Shown piece by piece: positions 17,343 through 26,816 of a stretch of 64,000 nt of DNA. Source of the DNA: Candidatus Yonathbacteria bacterium RIFCSPLOWO2_01_FULL_43_27 (lineage in GTDB: Bacteria; Patescibacteriota; Minisyncoccia; Phycocordibacterales; UBA1550). Location of the stretch: assembly GCA_001823545.1 (NCBI GenBank), contig MHUV01000003.1, positions 6,718 through 70,717 of the forward strand. Direction: 5' to 3'. The position numbers were made by a program, and so were the translations under genes. The notes under the pieces were generated by a model. That model searched no databases. It worked only from the letters and a program-made list of their open reading frames with translations, and was not told where the DNA came from. Each line of letters starts with the position of its first letter. Position 1 is the stretch's first letter.

Positions 17343-18371
17343 TTATGCAAGTATATACTTCCCTTCTTTTGTTTTTTTGAAAATCTTTGGATCTTGCAGG
17401 TTTACAAAGACAGTGTTTTCTTTGACATAACGCTCTTTGAGCACACGATCTATGATGTCCTTTTTCGAAAGTGGGCCTTCTTTTTTGAGAATTTTAGCAA
17501 TGACATCTTTAACGATTCCCTGCTCGTATCCCCACGAAGAGAGTGCGTATAGTCCGCGTCCAACGAGAATAAAACGAGGGTCTTTAATAAGTTCGTTGTG
17601 GCAAGTAGCAATATGAGCTTTTTTATCAAAAACTTGAGAAATTGATTTAGCAACTTCTGTGAAGTGCATTGGTGAGCCATGCTTACGAAGCACCAAATAT
17701 GCGTAGTCGCGCATACCACGTGCACTTACATTGTGTGATTCCGACCTCCCCCATTCGCCAAGCGGATTCTTTGAAATGGTTTTTGAGAGTGAGAGCCAAC
17801 GCTTGGTAATCTCTTCGTTCTTGTATGTATCTGATACGTCTTTGAGATGATTGAGGAACATCGCGATAAGTTCATTTTCGGGAATAAGTTCGTCTTGCGA
17901 AAGTGACTCATAGAGCGTGCGAAGTGCATCATGCACCTTCATTGAAATTTTGTCATCAACAATCCATCGATGATGAAAATGTTCATTCTCTTTTTCTCGA
18001 GCAAATTCATCGCCAAGTACCAAGAGGAAGTAGAGATGGTTTTGTGTGCTAGGATCTTTGGAAATATGCATCAAAAAATCTTCCTCACACACTACGCCAC
18101 CCATAGAAACAACAAGGTTGTGGAGCTCCGTAAAAACCCCTGCCTCTTTCTTGAAGATGTCAGATTTTTTTATGGTCGCAAGTGCAAAATTTTCTATCTG
18201 ACGCACACGCTCGCGGGTGATGTGATAAATATCGCCGATTGCTTCAAGAGTCATTCGGTCGGTATTATCTCCTAGTCCATAACGCTTGATAATGACATCT
18301 AGGTTGCGTGGAGGTAGTGTAGCGATAAGCCTTTTTACTACTTGCTTTGGCTTAAAAGTAATTGCGGACAT
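17343..18371 (-). CDS. DNA-binding protein: sigma-70 region-4-like HTH plus C-terminal HARE-HTH-like winged helix
   Basis: N-terminus LEAIGDIYHITRERVRQIENFALATIKK matches a sigma70 r4 HTH. C-terminus HFTEVAKSISQV...LIKDPRFILVGRGLYALSSWGY resembles HARE-HTH, as in RpoE-delta. Confidence 0.5.
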   Translation of the reverse strand: MSAITFKPKQVVKRLIATLPPRNLDVIIKRYGLGDNTDRMTLEAIGDIYHITRERVRQIENFALATIKKSDIFKKEAGVFTELHNLVVSMGGVVCEEDFLMHISKDPSTQNHLYFLLVLGDEFAREKENEHFHHRWIVDDKISMKVHDALRTLYESLSQDELIPENELIAMFLNHLKDVSDTYKNEEITKRWLSLSKTISKNPLGEWGRSESHNVSARGMRDYAYLVLRKHGSPMHFTEVAKSISQVFDKKAHIATCHNELIKDPRFILVGRGLYALSSWGYEQGIVKDVIAKILKKEGPLSKKDIIDRVLKERYVKENTVFVNLQDPKIFKKTKEGKYILA

Positions 18372-18502
18372 AGGTTATTGGTTAAATTACAATGATTAAA
18401 TGTTATGTTTACTATTGGTACTTTTTATCACTAAAGGAGCATAAAGTCAAGAGGTGGGTTTACAAGCACTGAGGTTGAGTTTACGCTTATTGGTTTCTAT
18501 CG

Positions 18503-21340
18503 TTACCCCGTAACAATATTTATTAATTTACCCTTTACGATAATGATTTTTTTGATTTCCTGACCCCCTACCCATTTCACTACCATTTTTTCCTCCAGCG
18601 CGAGTTTCTGTATTTCCTCGTCAGAGGCAGATAAAGGGACGGTAATTGTTTCGCGTACTTTGCTGTTTACCTGAACGACAATAACGATCTCTTGCGCAGT
18701 CGTTTTTGATGGATCGTAGGTTGGCCACCGTGAGAGGTTGATTGACTCTGCGTTCCCGAGTGTATGCCATAGCTCTTCCGTAATATGTGGCGCAAATGGT
18801 GATAGGAGCACGAGGAGTGTTTCGTACTGTGAACGAAGTAGAACTGTTGCCTTCTCCATTTCATTTACCAAAATCATTAGCGCTGAGATTGCGGTATTGA
18901 AGTTAAATGATTCAATATCTTCCCCTACTTTTTTTATTGTCTTATGGAGAATTGACTCTACATCATGTGTGTCCCCTGCCGTGACAATTTTTTCTTGTAA
19001 ACGCCATACCCGCTCGAGAAAACGACGTGGTCCAATAATACTTTCGGTACTCCACGAAACAGATTGAGTAAATGGCCCCATAAACATTTCATACATGCGC
19101 ATCGTGTCTGCACCGTACTGATGGACCACATCATCAGGATTTATGACGTTGCTCCAGCGTTTGCTCATCTTGCGTCCATCGTTTGCCATAACCAAACCGA
19201 CGTTATATAAACGATTAAAAGGTTCCTCGTAATTCACCACCCCAAGATCGTACAAAAACTTATGATAGAATCGCGCGTAAATAAGGTGGCGCGTAGCGTG
19301 TTCAGCTCCACCGACATACATATCTACCGGTGACCAATATTGTTCTTTTGTATGCTCAACAAGTGCCGTGTCGTTCTTTGGATCCATATAACGAAGGTAG
19401 TACCACGATGATCCAGCCCACTGAGGCATCGTATTTGTCTCGCGTTTAGCAGGACCGCTACACGTTGGACAGGTCGTGTTTACCCAATCGGCAATATTCG
19501 CGAGTGGAGATTCTCCCGTTCCCGTAGGTTCGTACGATTCTACTTTTGGAAGAACTACGGGTAATTCATTTTCTGGTACTGCAACAACACCGCATTTTTC
19601 ACAGTGTACAAGGGGAATTGGTTCGCCCCAGTATCGTTGTCGTGAAAATACCCAATCCTCAAGACGGTACTTTGTTGTCCATTTCCCTTTTACAAAATGC
19701 GTGATATTTTTCTTCGCCTCTTCATTTGAAAGACCATTGAAATCACCAGAGTTAATGAGTACGCCACTGTCAATGTGTACCGCATCTTTTTCCTTGAGAC
19801 GAAGGAGCCAAATATCCATTTCCGCATGACACATCGTCACGGGGTTAATTTCTGATTCATCAAGCCATACGATGTCATTGTTTTCCTCTTCTTCTTTTGT
19901 AATCGAAGAACGCTCTTCATCTACCAATTCAGCATAGACCGCCGTGGTATACGAAACTCTGTTCTGGTCCTTATGCGCTGCAAAATACTCCGCGCGTACT
20001 TGCCCACCCAAAATTTGCTCGTTAGTGATATTTTTGTATCCCGTCTCCTCTAAAAGTTCTCGTCGCGCAGCATCAAGAACACTTTCTCCTTGTTCGACGC
20101 CACCCATAGGAAACGTAGTCCACCAATACTTCTTAGATTTCAAGCAAAGAAATTTCCCATTACGAGGATTTCGTATAATAACGTGCACATTTTCTCTTGT
20201 TACACTTTTCTTGCCGAGAACAGGAGGATTTCTCTTGTCGACTCTCTCAGGAATAATAACTTCTTTAACAGGAAGATGGTATTTTTTTGCAAAGGTAAAA
20301 TCTCGTACATCGTGTGCGGGTACTGCCATAACCGCTCCCGTACCGTAATGCGCAAGAACATAGTCTGCCACATACACAGGAAGCTCCTCGTTATTTGCGG
20401 GGTTTATCGCTATTACTCCTTTGAGCTGTACGCCTGTTTTTTCTTTACCAACAGCAGTGCGCTCTATTTCTGTTTTTATTTTTACCGCATCGCAATATGC
20501 TTCTACTTCGCTTTTATTAGAAACTTCCTCAAGGAGTTCACTCACGAGGGCGTGTTCTGGTGCCAATACCACATACGTCGCACCAAAAAGTGTGTCAGGA
20601 CGCGTCGTGAACACGGTAATTTTCTTGCTACCTCCCTTAATAAGGAAATCAATTTCCGCGCCTTCACTTCGCCCAATCCAATTTCGTTGTGATTCTTTGG
20701 TTGATGCGGGCCACTCAAGTTTATCGAGATCGGTAAGCAAACGGTCTGCGTAGTCGGTAATACGGAGCACCCACTGACGCATAGGTTTTTTCTCGATAAG
20801 GGTATCACATCGCTCACAACGGTCTCCGTCGAGGTCTTCGTTTGCAAGTCCCGTCAAGCATTTTGGGCACCAGTTAATAGGCTCATACGATTCATAAGCA
20901 AGACCTTTTTCGAACATTTTAAGAAAAATCCACTGTGTCCAACGATAGAAGTGCGGGTCAGTAGTATTTACTTCGCGTGACCAATCATAATCAAACCCCA
21001 GAATGGAGAGCTGTTCTTTATAACGAGCAACATTTTGTGCCGTCATAACCATCGGGTTAATTTTCATCTTGAGGGCGTAGTTTTCTGCGGGTAAACCAAA
21101 TGCATCAAAGCCCATAGGGTGAAGTACATTGAATCCCTGTAGTCTCTTCATACGAGAATACACGTCGGTTGCAATATAGCCCTTAGGATGCCCAACATGG
21201 AGACCCTCTCCAGAGGGATATGGGAACATGTCTAGTACATAGCACTTTGGTTTACTGATATCCTCTTTTGTATGATATAAGCCTGCCTTCTCCCATTGTT
21301 CCTGCCATTTCTTTTCTATCGTTCTGTGGTCGTAATTCAT
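18503..21340 (-). CDS. leuS: Leucyl-tRNA synthetase carrying an internal Nudix-box-containing insertion
   Basis: PYPSGEGLHVGHPKGY (HIGH), editing-domain TRPDTLFGATYVVLAPEH, KMSKR and the anticodon-binding domain are all present. A ~145-aa insert sits between AHDVRDFTFAKKYHLPVKEVI and GVLINSGDFNGL and contains GGVEQGESVLDAARRELLEETGY. Confidence 0.9.
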   Translation of the reverse strand: MNYDHRTIEKKWQEQWEKAGLYHTKEDISKPKCYVLDMFPYPSGEGLHVGHPKGYIATDVYSRMKRLQGFNVLHPMGFDAFGLPAENYALKMKINPMVMTAQNVARYKEQLSILGFDYDWSREVNTTDPHFYRWTQWIFLKMFEKGLAYESYEPINWCPKCLTGLANEDLDGDRCERCDTLIEKKPMRQWVLRITDYADRLLTDLDKLEWPASTKESQRNWIGRSEGAEIDFLIKGGSKKITVFTTRPDTLFGATYVVLAPEHALVSELLEEVSNKSEVEAYCDAVKIKTEIERTAVGKEKTGVQLKGVIAINPANNEELPVYVADYVLAHYGTGAVMAVPAHDVRDFTFAKKYHLPVKEVIIPERVDKRNPPVLGKKSVTRENVHVIIRNPRNGKFLCLKSKKYWWTTFPMGGVEQGESVLDAARRELLEETGYKNITNEQILGGQVRAEYFAAHKDQNRVSYTTAVYAELVDEERSSITKEEEENNDIVWLDESEINPVTMCHAEMDIWLLRLKEKDAVHIDSGVLINSGDFNGLSNEEAKKNITHFVKGKWTTKYRLEDWVFSRQRYWGEPIPLVHCEKCGVVAVPENELPVVLPKVESYEPTGTGESPLANIADWVNTTCPTCSGPAKRETNTMPQWAGSSWYYLRYMDPKNDTALVEHTKEQYWSPVDMYVGGAEHATRHLIYARFYHKFLYDLGVVNYEEPFNRLYNVGLVMANDGRKMSKRWSNVINPDDVVHQYGADTMRMYEMFMGPFTQSVSWSTESIIGPRRFLERVWRLQEKIVTAGDTHDVESILHKTIKKVGEDIESFNFNTAISALMILVNEMEKATVLLRSQYETLLVLLSPFAPHITEELWHTLGNAESINLSRWPTYDPSKTTAQEIVIVVQVNSKVRETITVPLSASDEEIQKLALEEKMVVKWVGGQEIKKIIIVKGKLINIVTG

Positions 21341-21349
21341 ATGCTTGTG

Positions 21350-22345
21350 TTATTTTGTTGGTATCTTATCAATTGGCGGGTACCGCTCTGGGTCTATAGT
21401 TCGTTCGAAACACGCGTGTCCTTTTTTGTGATGCCAATTATCTATTTTTTCTCCTTTTACATCAATAACTGCTACAGGGTATGGTCGCGATATCATGTTT
21501 GACGATCCATCCATTGTTGTGCGACTTTGTCCATTAAATACTGCGCACAACTGGAACGAAAGCGATGATGAACCCTTATACTCGTATGCTTCTTTTGTTT
21601 GTGGGTCTGTGGGTAACATAAAACCAGAAATAGGATCTGAGAGGTCACTTAATTTTTCTGGCAATCTTTTTTTCTGCTGCCAATAATTTACTACTTGCCA
21701 TTGAATATTCTGCAGGTCATTTACCCGCTGTGTATCATATCGTGCCAGACGCGCCTGTCGTGGTGTCCCTACGATAAAAAATCCTGAGATTACGGTACCA
21801 GCAACAATTACCGCAACCGCAACACCAACATAGAATATACGTCGCGGAAAATGTGTCCAGTATCCTTTCATGTCTGCAAGAAAATGTGCAAATACAATGA
21901 TTGCAACAATAATTACCGTTGCAATTTTCAAGAGGAAACGTGCGGTAAGCTCTTCGCCGTTCAAAAAGGTACTCAAGAGTACAATAAGAGTTCCCGCAAT
22001 TGTTGCACCTGAGACAAACAACGTGAATACGAGTGCCCATCGGCGCACCCAAATCTCCTGTCGCGTGGAATCAATAGATATGGTGTGGCGAATAACGCGC
22101 ATCAACACGAGGAATACCGGAACCGCAACGATTACCATTGCCATATAAGCACTGATACCGCTCTGGTAAGGGTCGATTTGGTATCCTCTCAGTGGATCGG
22201 GGTAAAGATAATTAATATACTGAAACACAAGATTAATAAACGCAATAATACTTGTATAAAATGCACCCATTGCGCCCACCCAAAGAAAGAAATCCTTAGG
22301 GGCTACGCGCGCACTTTTCCCTGGTTGTGTGGTAAGTGTTTCCAT
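21350..22345 (-). CDS. Multi-pass membrane protein, hypothetical
   Basis: 6-7 hydrophobic helices in the N-terminal two thirds, with a soluble C-terminal domain. Start taken at METLTT. Confidence 0.45.
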   Translation of the reverse strand: METLTTQPGKSARVAPKDFFLWVGAMGAFYTSIIAFINLVFQYINYLYPDPLRGYQIDPYQSGISAYMAMVIVAVPVFLVLMRVIRHTISIDSTRQEIWVRRWALVFTLFVSGATIAGTLIVLLSTFLNGEELTARFLLKIATVIIVAIIVFAHFLADMKGYWTHFPRRIFYVGVAVAVIVAGTVISGFFIVGTPRQARLARYDTQRVNDLQNIQWQVVNYWQQKKRLPEKLSDLSDPISGFMLPTDPQTKEAYEYKGSSSLSFQLCAVFNGQSRTTMDGSSNMISRPYPVAVIDVKGEKIDNWHHKKGHACFERTIDPERYPPIDKIPTK

Positions 22346-22434
22346 ATACAATACTATACCCCACATTTAATTTCCCGACAATATTGTTATTGCTTCTCAA
22401 AAATAATTTGTGTGATAGAATACGAGTAAATTAT

Positions 22435-22863
22435 ATGGAGAATAAAAAAACAAAAATACTGATTATTGACGACAATGAGATCATTCGCATGATGTTCTCC
22501 AATATTTTCTGGTTACACGGTCTTGATGATACGTATGAACTTAATACTGTTGCCCGCGCAGATGAAGCACTAAAACAAATAGATGATCCATCTTCACGTC
22601 CTGACATTATTTTTATGGGACTCGTGATGCCATTTGAAAAAGGTGGCAAGGTAACACCAAGTGTCGAAGCAGGATTTACGATTATTAAGCATATCAAAGA
22701 AAGCTCTGACCTCTCTCGTATTCGTATTATTGTCCTCTCGGGATATCAAGATGCTGAGTTTCAACAAAAAGCGCTCGATATGGGTGTCGAACACTATCTC
22801 AAAAAGAGTGAGAGTATGCCACAAAATATTCTTGAATTAATTCGCTCGCTCCACCAGTCATAA
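22435..22863 (+). CDS. Stand-alone receiver (REC) domain lacking the phospho-acceptor Asp (pseudo-receiver)
   Basis: KILIIDDNE (acidic pocket DD), SGY (T/S87 equivalent) and HYLKK (K109 equivalent) are present. The D54 position reads DIIFMGLVMP (Gly in place of Asp), followed by an unusual insert FEKGGKVTPSVEAGF. Confidence 0.6.
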   Translation: MENKKTKILIIDDNEIIRMMFSNIFWLHGLDDTYELNTVARADEALKQIDDPSSRPDIIFMGLVMPFEKGGKVTPSVEAGFTIIKHIKESSDLSRIRIIVLSGYQDAEFQQKALDMGVEHYLKKSESMPQNILELIRSLHQS

Positions 22864-22867
22864 TATT

Positions 22868-24169
22868 ATGAGTACCCCTCTCGTAAAATTAGAGAATGTA
22901 AACTATTACTACAACCGCGGTAAACCGTCGGAGGTACATGCGTTGAAAAACATTAATATCGAGATCCCACGCGGTGGATACGCAGCGTTCTTCGGTCCTT
23001 CTGGTTGTGGAAAAACAACACTCACTTATTTGATTGGTGGTATTGAAACTGAAAACACCGATAGCGGTAACATTTTGATTAACGGTCGTGACCTACGTGG
23101 CCTCGAAAAGAAAGAGCTTGCGGTGTATCGCCAGATCGGTGTAGGTATTATCTTTCAGCAGTTCAACCTTTTGCCCTCCCTTACCGTACTTGACAATGTC
23201 GCTCTTCCGATGGCATTTCTAGGTATTGACGTTGAACGCCGAAAAAAGGAGGCATTGAAACTTCTTGATCGTTTCGGTATGACAAAATATTCTGCACGCT
23301 TCCCTTCTGACCTTTCAGGAGGACAGCAACAGCGCGTAAGTATTGCACGTGCGCTTTCCAATAACCCCCCGCTTATTATCGCTGACGAACCGCTCGGTAA
23401 TCTCGATTCTGAAAATGCAAATAAAGCGCTTGAGTTCTTGAAAGAGCTGAACGAAAAAGACGGGCGTACGATTATTATGGTTACACACGAATCATGGTCA
23501 TTACGTGACGCGCGTCTCGTCATTTACCTCAAAGATGGCGAGGTTATACGAACTGATGAGCCTAAAAATAAAATTGACGCCAAGAAATCACTCTCTGAAC
23601 ATTTTTATAAACAACTCTACCCCGAGAGCCCACCGGAGAACCTTATGGCGCAATCTCTTTCCAGTATGCTTGCGCGCGGGTTGTCAGGACAAGAAATAAA
23701 GCGCTTCGAGCTATTCCTCGCAGAGCGCCTCAAAGGAAACATTACTTCGGAGCATTTCATTGATTTCCTCGACCAGCCTTTTAAAGATGGCGGATTAGGA
23801 CTCTGGAAACAGCGCGCTATTAAAATCTCAGAAACAGTTGACGAACTCGCTCATAATCGTAAAAAAGTAGAGGATGTTTACCACGAGCTTGAGCGTAATC
23901 CCGAAGTTCCCCTCTATGAAGAAATATCCAAAATGCGTGACTGGCTCTTGAGTAGCTATTCGGGTACCCTGGACGAAATTGGACGCGTTCGTTTCGATGA
24001 GGCCGTTGAGGATCGTATTCGTAACGTCATCTCATCTGAACATTTCTGTCGCGTTCTCGAACTTCCCCGTAAAGACTTTGGCGTTGGACTTTCTATGAGC
24101 GCTATTCGTGGCATCTCAGAGCGACTAGAATCGGCTCTTACCGGAAAAAAATATCAGGTATTACACTAA
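22868..24169 (+). CDS. ABC transporter ATP-binding protein (MacB/LolD/FtsE-like) with a ~200-aa duplicated C-terminal extension
   Basis: Walker A GPSGCGKTT, signature LSGGQQQRVSIARAL, Walker B LIIADEP, H-loop VTHE. The C-terminal extension has two homologous modules, ITSEHFIDFLDQPFKDGGLGLWKQRAIKISE and ISSEHFCRVLELPRKDFGVGLSMSAIRGISE. Confidence 0.85.
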   Translation: MSTPLVKLENVNYYYNRGKPSEVHALKNINIEIPRGGYAAFFGPSGCGKTTLTYLIGGIETENTDSGNILINGRDLRGLEKKELAVYRQIGVGIIFQQFNLLPSLTVLDNVALPMAFLGIDVERRKKEALKLLDRFGMTKYSARFPSDLSGGQQQRVSIARALSNNPPLIIADEPLGNLDSENANKALEFLKELNEKDGRTIIMVTHESWSLRDARLVIYLKDGEVIRTDEPKNKIDAKKSLSEHFYKQLYPESPPENLMAQSLSSMLARGLSGQEIKRFELFLAERLKGNITSEHFIDFLDQPFKDGGLGLWKQRAIKISETVDELAHNRKKVEDVYHELERNPEVPLYEEISKMRDWLLSSYSGTLDEIGRVRFDEAVEDRIRNVISSEHFCRVLELPRKDFGVGLSMSAIRGISERLESALTGKKYQVLH

Positions 24170-24215
24170 GGTTGCGAGTCCATCTGTTTTTTATTTTATT
24201 TAACAACACCACATT

Positions 24216-25466
24216 ATGGAACCAACCATCACCAAGCAACCTGAAAAATTAAAAGTTGATACGGGGCACAAATTATCTGTGTGGGATCTCCTCAAGCTAT
24301 CCTTACGCGTTTTTCGTACCAAACCTGCTCGTACGATTCTCACCATTCTTGGTATGTCTGTCGGTATCGGAACTGTTGTGTTTCTTGTGTCACTCGGATA
24401 TGGTCTCCAGTACATCTTGATCGGTCGCCTTATTACCAGCGAAGACTCACTTATTACGATTGAGGCTTCGTACCCATCTGAAAGTGGAAAAAGTATCGAT
24501 GCAAAAAAAGTAGAGGAAACGAAACACGTTCAAGGAATTGCTAGCATAAGCCCTGTTGCTGAGTTTATGGGTGAAGTTTCTATTGGTGATAAATCACGCG
24601 GTATTATTCCTATTATGCGTGTTGTTCCTGCTACTTATTTTAAGATGGCAGGCGCAAGTCCCGACATTGGAGAAGCATTTACCGAAGACACTCCAGGTGC
24701 CGTTCTTTCAGCAAAAGCGCTGATGCTCTTCGGTCTTCCTGCCGATAAATCAATTCTCGGTGAAGAAATTACCGGAAGTGTCTATTATCAAAAACCCGAC
24801 GGCTCAACAGAAGAAGTGATAGTTTCAAGAATGAAAATTCGCGGTATTTTTACTGACGACCGCGAAGACCCTCTCGCCTATATCCCCTACACCTCTGTCG
24901 CACAACCACCAACGTATTTTAAAAGCATGCTCATCAAGGCACGCGATATCAATTTCGTAGAGCCTCTTCGTGATACATTAGAAAAAGAAGGGTTCCTCAT
25001 TAGTGCAAAAGTTGACCTTGTTAAGCAAGCGCGCAAGATTACCAACGCGCTCACCACGGTGCTGATGGTTTTCGGTACCGCCGCACTTATTGTGTCAGCA
25101 ATTGGAATGTTCAACACTATGATCGTGGGCTTCCTTGAACGTATTTACGAAGTGGGCGTTATGAAATCGCTTGGTGCAACAGACAAGGACGTTCAAAATT
25201 TGTTCTTGATGGAGTCATTTATCATTGGGTTTCTCGGAGGAGTGTCGGGAGTTCTCTTGGGTATGGGGGGAGGTTCGCTTATTAACTTCGTTATGAGTTC
25301 TCTCTCAAAAGGAAGTGGTGGTCTTACCCTCACGCTCTTTATTACCCCAACGTGGTTTATTATTGCGACGCTCATCCTCTCATCGTCAATCGGTGTTATC
25401 TCTGGTTTTTATCCTGCACGACGCGCGTCGTATCTTTCGCCGCGTGAAGCGTTTGTACGCAAATAG
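24216..25466 (+). CDS. ABC transporter permease, FtsX/MacB family
   Basis: N-terminal TM, a large periplasmic domain, and C-terminal FtsX-type 3-TM bundle (LGATDKDVQNLFLMES...). Confidence 0.85.
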   Translation: MEPTITKQPEKLKVDTGHKLSVWDLLKLSLRVFRTKPARTILTILGMSVGIGTVVFLVSLGYGLQYILIGRLITSEDSLITIEASYPSESGKSIDAKKVEETKHVQGIASISPVAEFMGEVSIGDKSRGIIPIMRVVPATYFKMAGASPDIGEAFTEDTPGAVLSAKALMLFGLPADKSILGEEITGSVYYQKPDGSTEEVIVSRMKIRGIFTDDREDPLAYIPYTSVAQPPTYFKSMLIKARDINFVEPLRDTLEKEGFLISAKVDLVKQARKITNALTTVLMVFGTAALIVSAIGMFNTMIVGFLERIYEVGVMKSLGATDKDVQNLFLMESFIIGFLGGVSGVLLGMGGGSLINFVMSSLSKGSGGLTLTLFITPTWFIIATLILSSSIGVISGFYPARRASYLSPREAFVRK

Positions 25467-25488
25467 ACAGATAGTCAACAGACAACAG

Positions 25489-25519
25489 AAAAACCCCGCA
25501 AATAATTTGCGGGGTTTTT
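25489..25519. terminator. Bidirectional intrinsic terminator between convergent permease and ychF
   Basis: aaaaaccccgcaaat-a-atttgcggggttttt, with A-run and T-run flanks. Confidence 0.7.
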
Positions 25520-25537
25520 CTGTTGCTCTCATTAAAT

Positions 25538-26635
25538 TTAAATTTTAAACTCCATCACATCACCATCCTTGACGATATATTCTTTTCCTTCAGTTCGTAC
25601 CAACCCTTTTTCGCGTGCAGATCCGTACGAACCTGCGTTAAGAAGATCTTGCCAAAATACCACCTCAACACGAATAAACTTATCTTTAAAATCGGTATGA
25701 ATGGCGGTACCAGCGATAGGCGCGGTGCTTCCTTTGTGGATGGTCCATCCGCGTGTTTCAACCTCTCCGGTGGTAAAATAGGTCATAAGGCCCAACATTT
25801 CGTAGCTCTTTCGAATAAGATTATTAATCCCGTCATCTTTAACCCCGAGCTCCCCACGGAACATTTCTTTTTCTTCGCCTTCAAACTGAGAAAGCTCGTG
25901 TTCTACTCCCGCATCTACCACCACATAATGCGCTCCAAGAGATGCTAGGTATGCAAGGAGCTTATCGAATCGCTCATCACCCAGCTCGTCTAGATTGCGT
26001 CCGCCAGCTTTTTTATTAAGCACGTAGAGAATCGGCTTCATTGTAAGGAGGTGCATACTTCGCACAATCAATGCATCGTCTTCTGAAAGCGATACAGAGC
26101 GTGCGAGCAATCCCTTATCGAGAGCTTCTAGAATCTTTGTAAGTACTTCTTTTTCTTTTATCGCGCCTTTTTCGCCACGCTTCACATCACGCTCGATATT
26201 GGCGAGTCTTTTTGCAACAGTCTGCTGGTCAGCGATAACAAGCTCAAGATTGATCGTTTCAATATCGGATACAGGATTAACGTGCCCGTGCACATGGATA
26301 ACATTATCATCTTCAAAAATACGCACCACCTCGGCAATAGCATCTACTTCGCGAATATGTGAGAGAAATTTGTTTCCGAGCCCTTCACCTTCACTCGCAC
26401 CTTTTACGAGTCCTGCAATGTCTACAAATTCAATAATTGCGGGAATTGTTCTCGAAGTATGCGAAAATTCTGCAAGTTTATATAAACGCTCGTCAGGCAC
26501 GGCAACAACCCCCACCGATGGATCAATAGTACAAAATGGATAGTTCTCTGCTGGAACAGATTTTTTTGTTAATGCGTTAAAGAGTGTCGACTTCCCCACA
26601 TTAGGAAGACCGACGATGCCGATTGCAAGTGCCAT
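25538..26635 (-). CDS. ychF: Ribosome-binding ATPase YchF (Obg family) with TGS domain
   Basis: GIVGLPNVGKSTLFNALT, NYPFCTIDP, the FVDIAGLVKGAS... G-domain, and a C-terminal TGS region. Confidence 0.9.
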   Translation of the reverse strand: MALAIGIVGLPNVGKSTLFNALTKKSVPAENYPFCTIDPSVGVVAVPDERLYKLAEFSHTSRTIPAIIEFVDIAGLVKGASEGEGLGNKFLSHIREVDAIAEVVRIFEDDNVIHVHGHVNPVSDIETINLELVIADQQTVAKRLANIERDVKRGEKGAIKEKEVLTKILEALDKGLLARSVSLSEDDALIVRSMHLLTMKPILYVLNKKAGGRNLDELGDERFDKLLAYLASLGAHYVVVDAGVEHELSQFEGEEKEMFRGELGVKDDGINNLIRKSYEMLGLMTYFTTGEVETRGWTIHKGSTAPIAGTAIHTDFKDKFIRVEVVFWQDLLNAGSYGSAREKGLVRTEGKEYIVKDGDVMEFKI

Positions 26636-26734
26636 ATATTTTTATATCTTTTGATACTCGCATTTTTTGCAGGAAAACTCAAGTAAATCTACAAATTTCA
26701 ATATTTTAATCTATATAAATAAGTGCGCATAATA

Positions 26735-26764
26735 TTGACAAATAGAAAAAATATCTCTATGCTG
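26735..26764 (+). promoter_or_regulatory. Candidate sigma70-like promoter
   Basis: TTGACA at 26735, then a 17-nt spacer, then TATGCT. Followed by RBS aagggggt and the ATG at 26817. Confidence 0.35.
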
Positions 26765-26816
26765 TATAGAGAAGGTTTTTGTAAAAATCATTGCCAATAG
26801 GCACAAGGGGGTAAAA

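Noticed and set aside
18667-20847. Multiple ORFs on both strands overlapping leuS (e.g. 20090-20692 +, 19944-20348 +, 20542-20847 -)
   Set aside because: They lie within or antisense to the continuous 945-aa LeuS frame and show no motifs. The Nudix-box region is in the LeuS frame itself.
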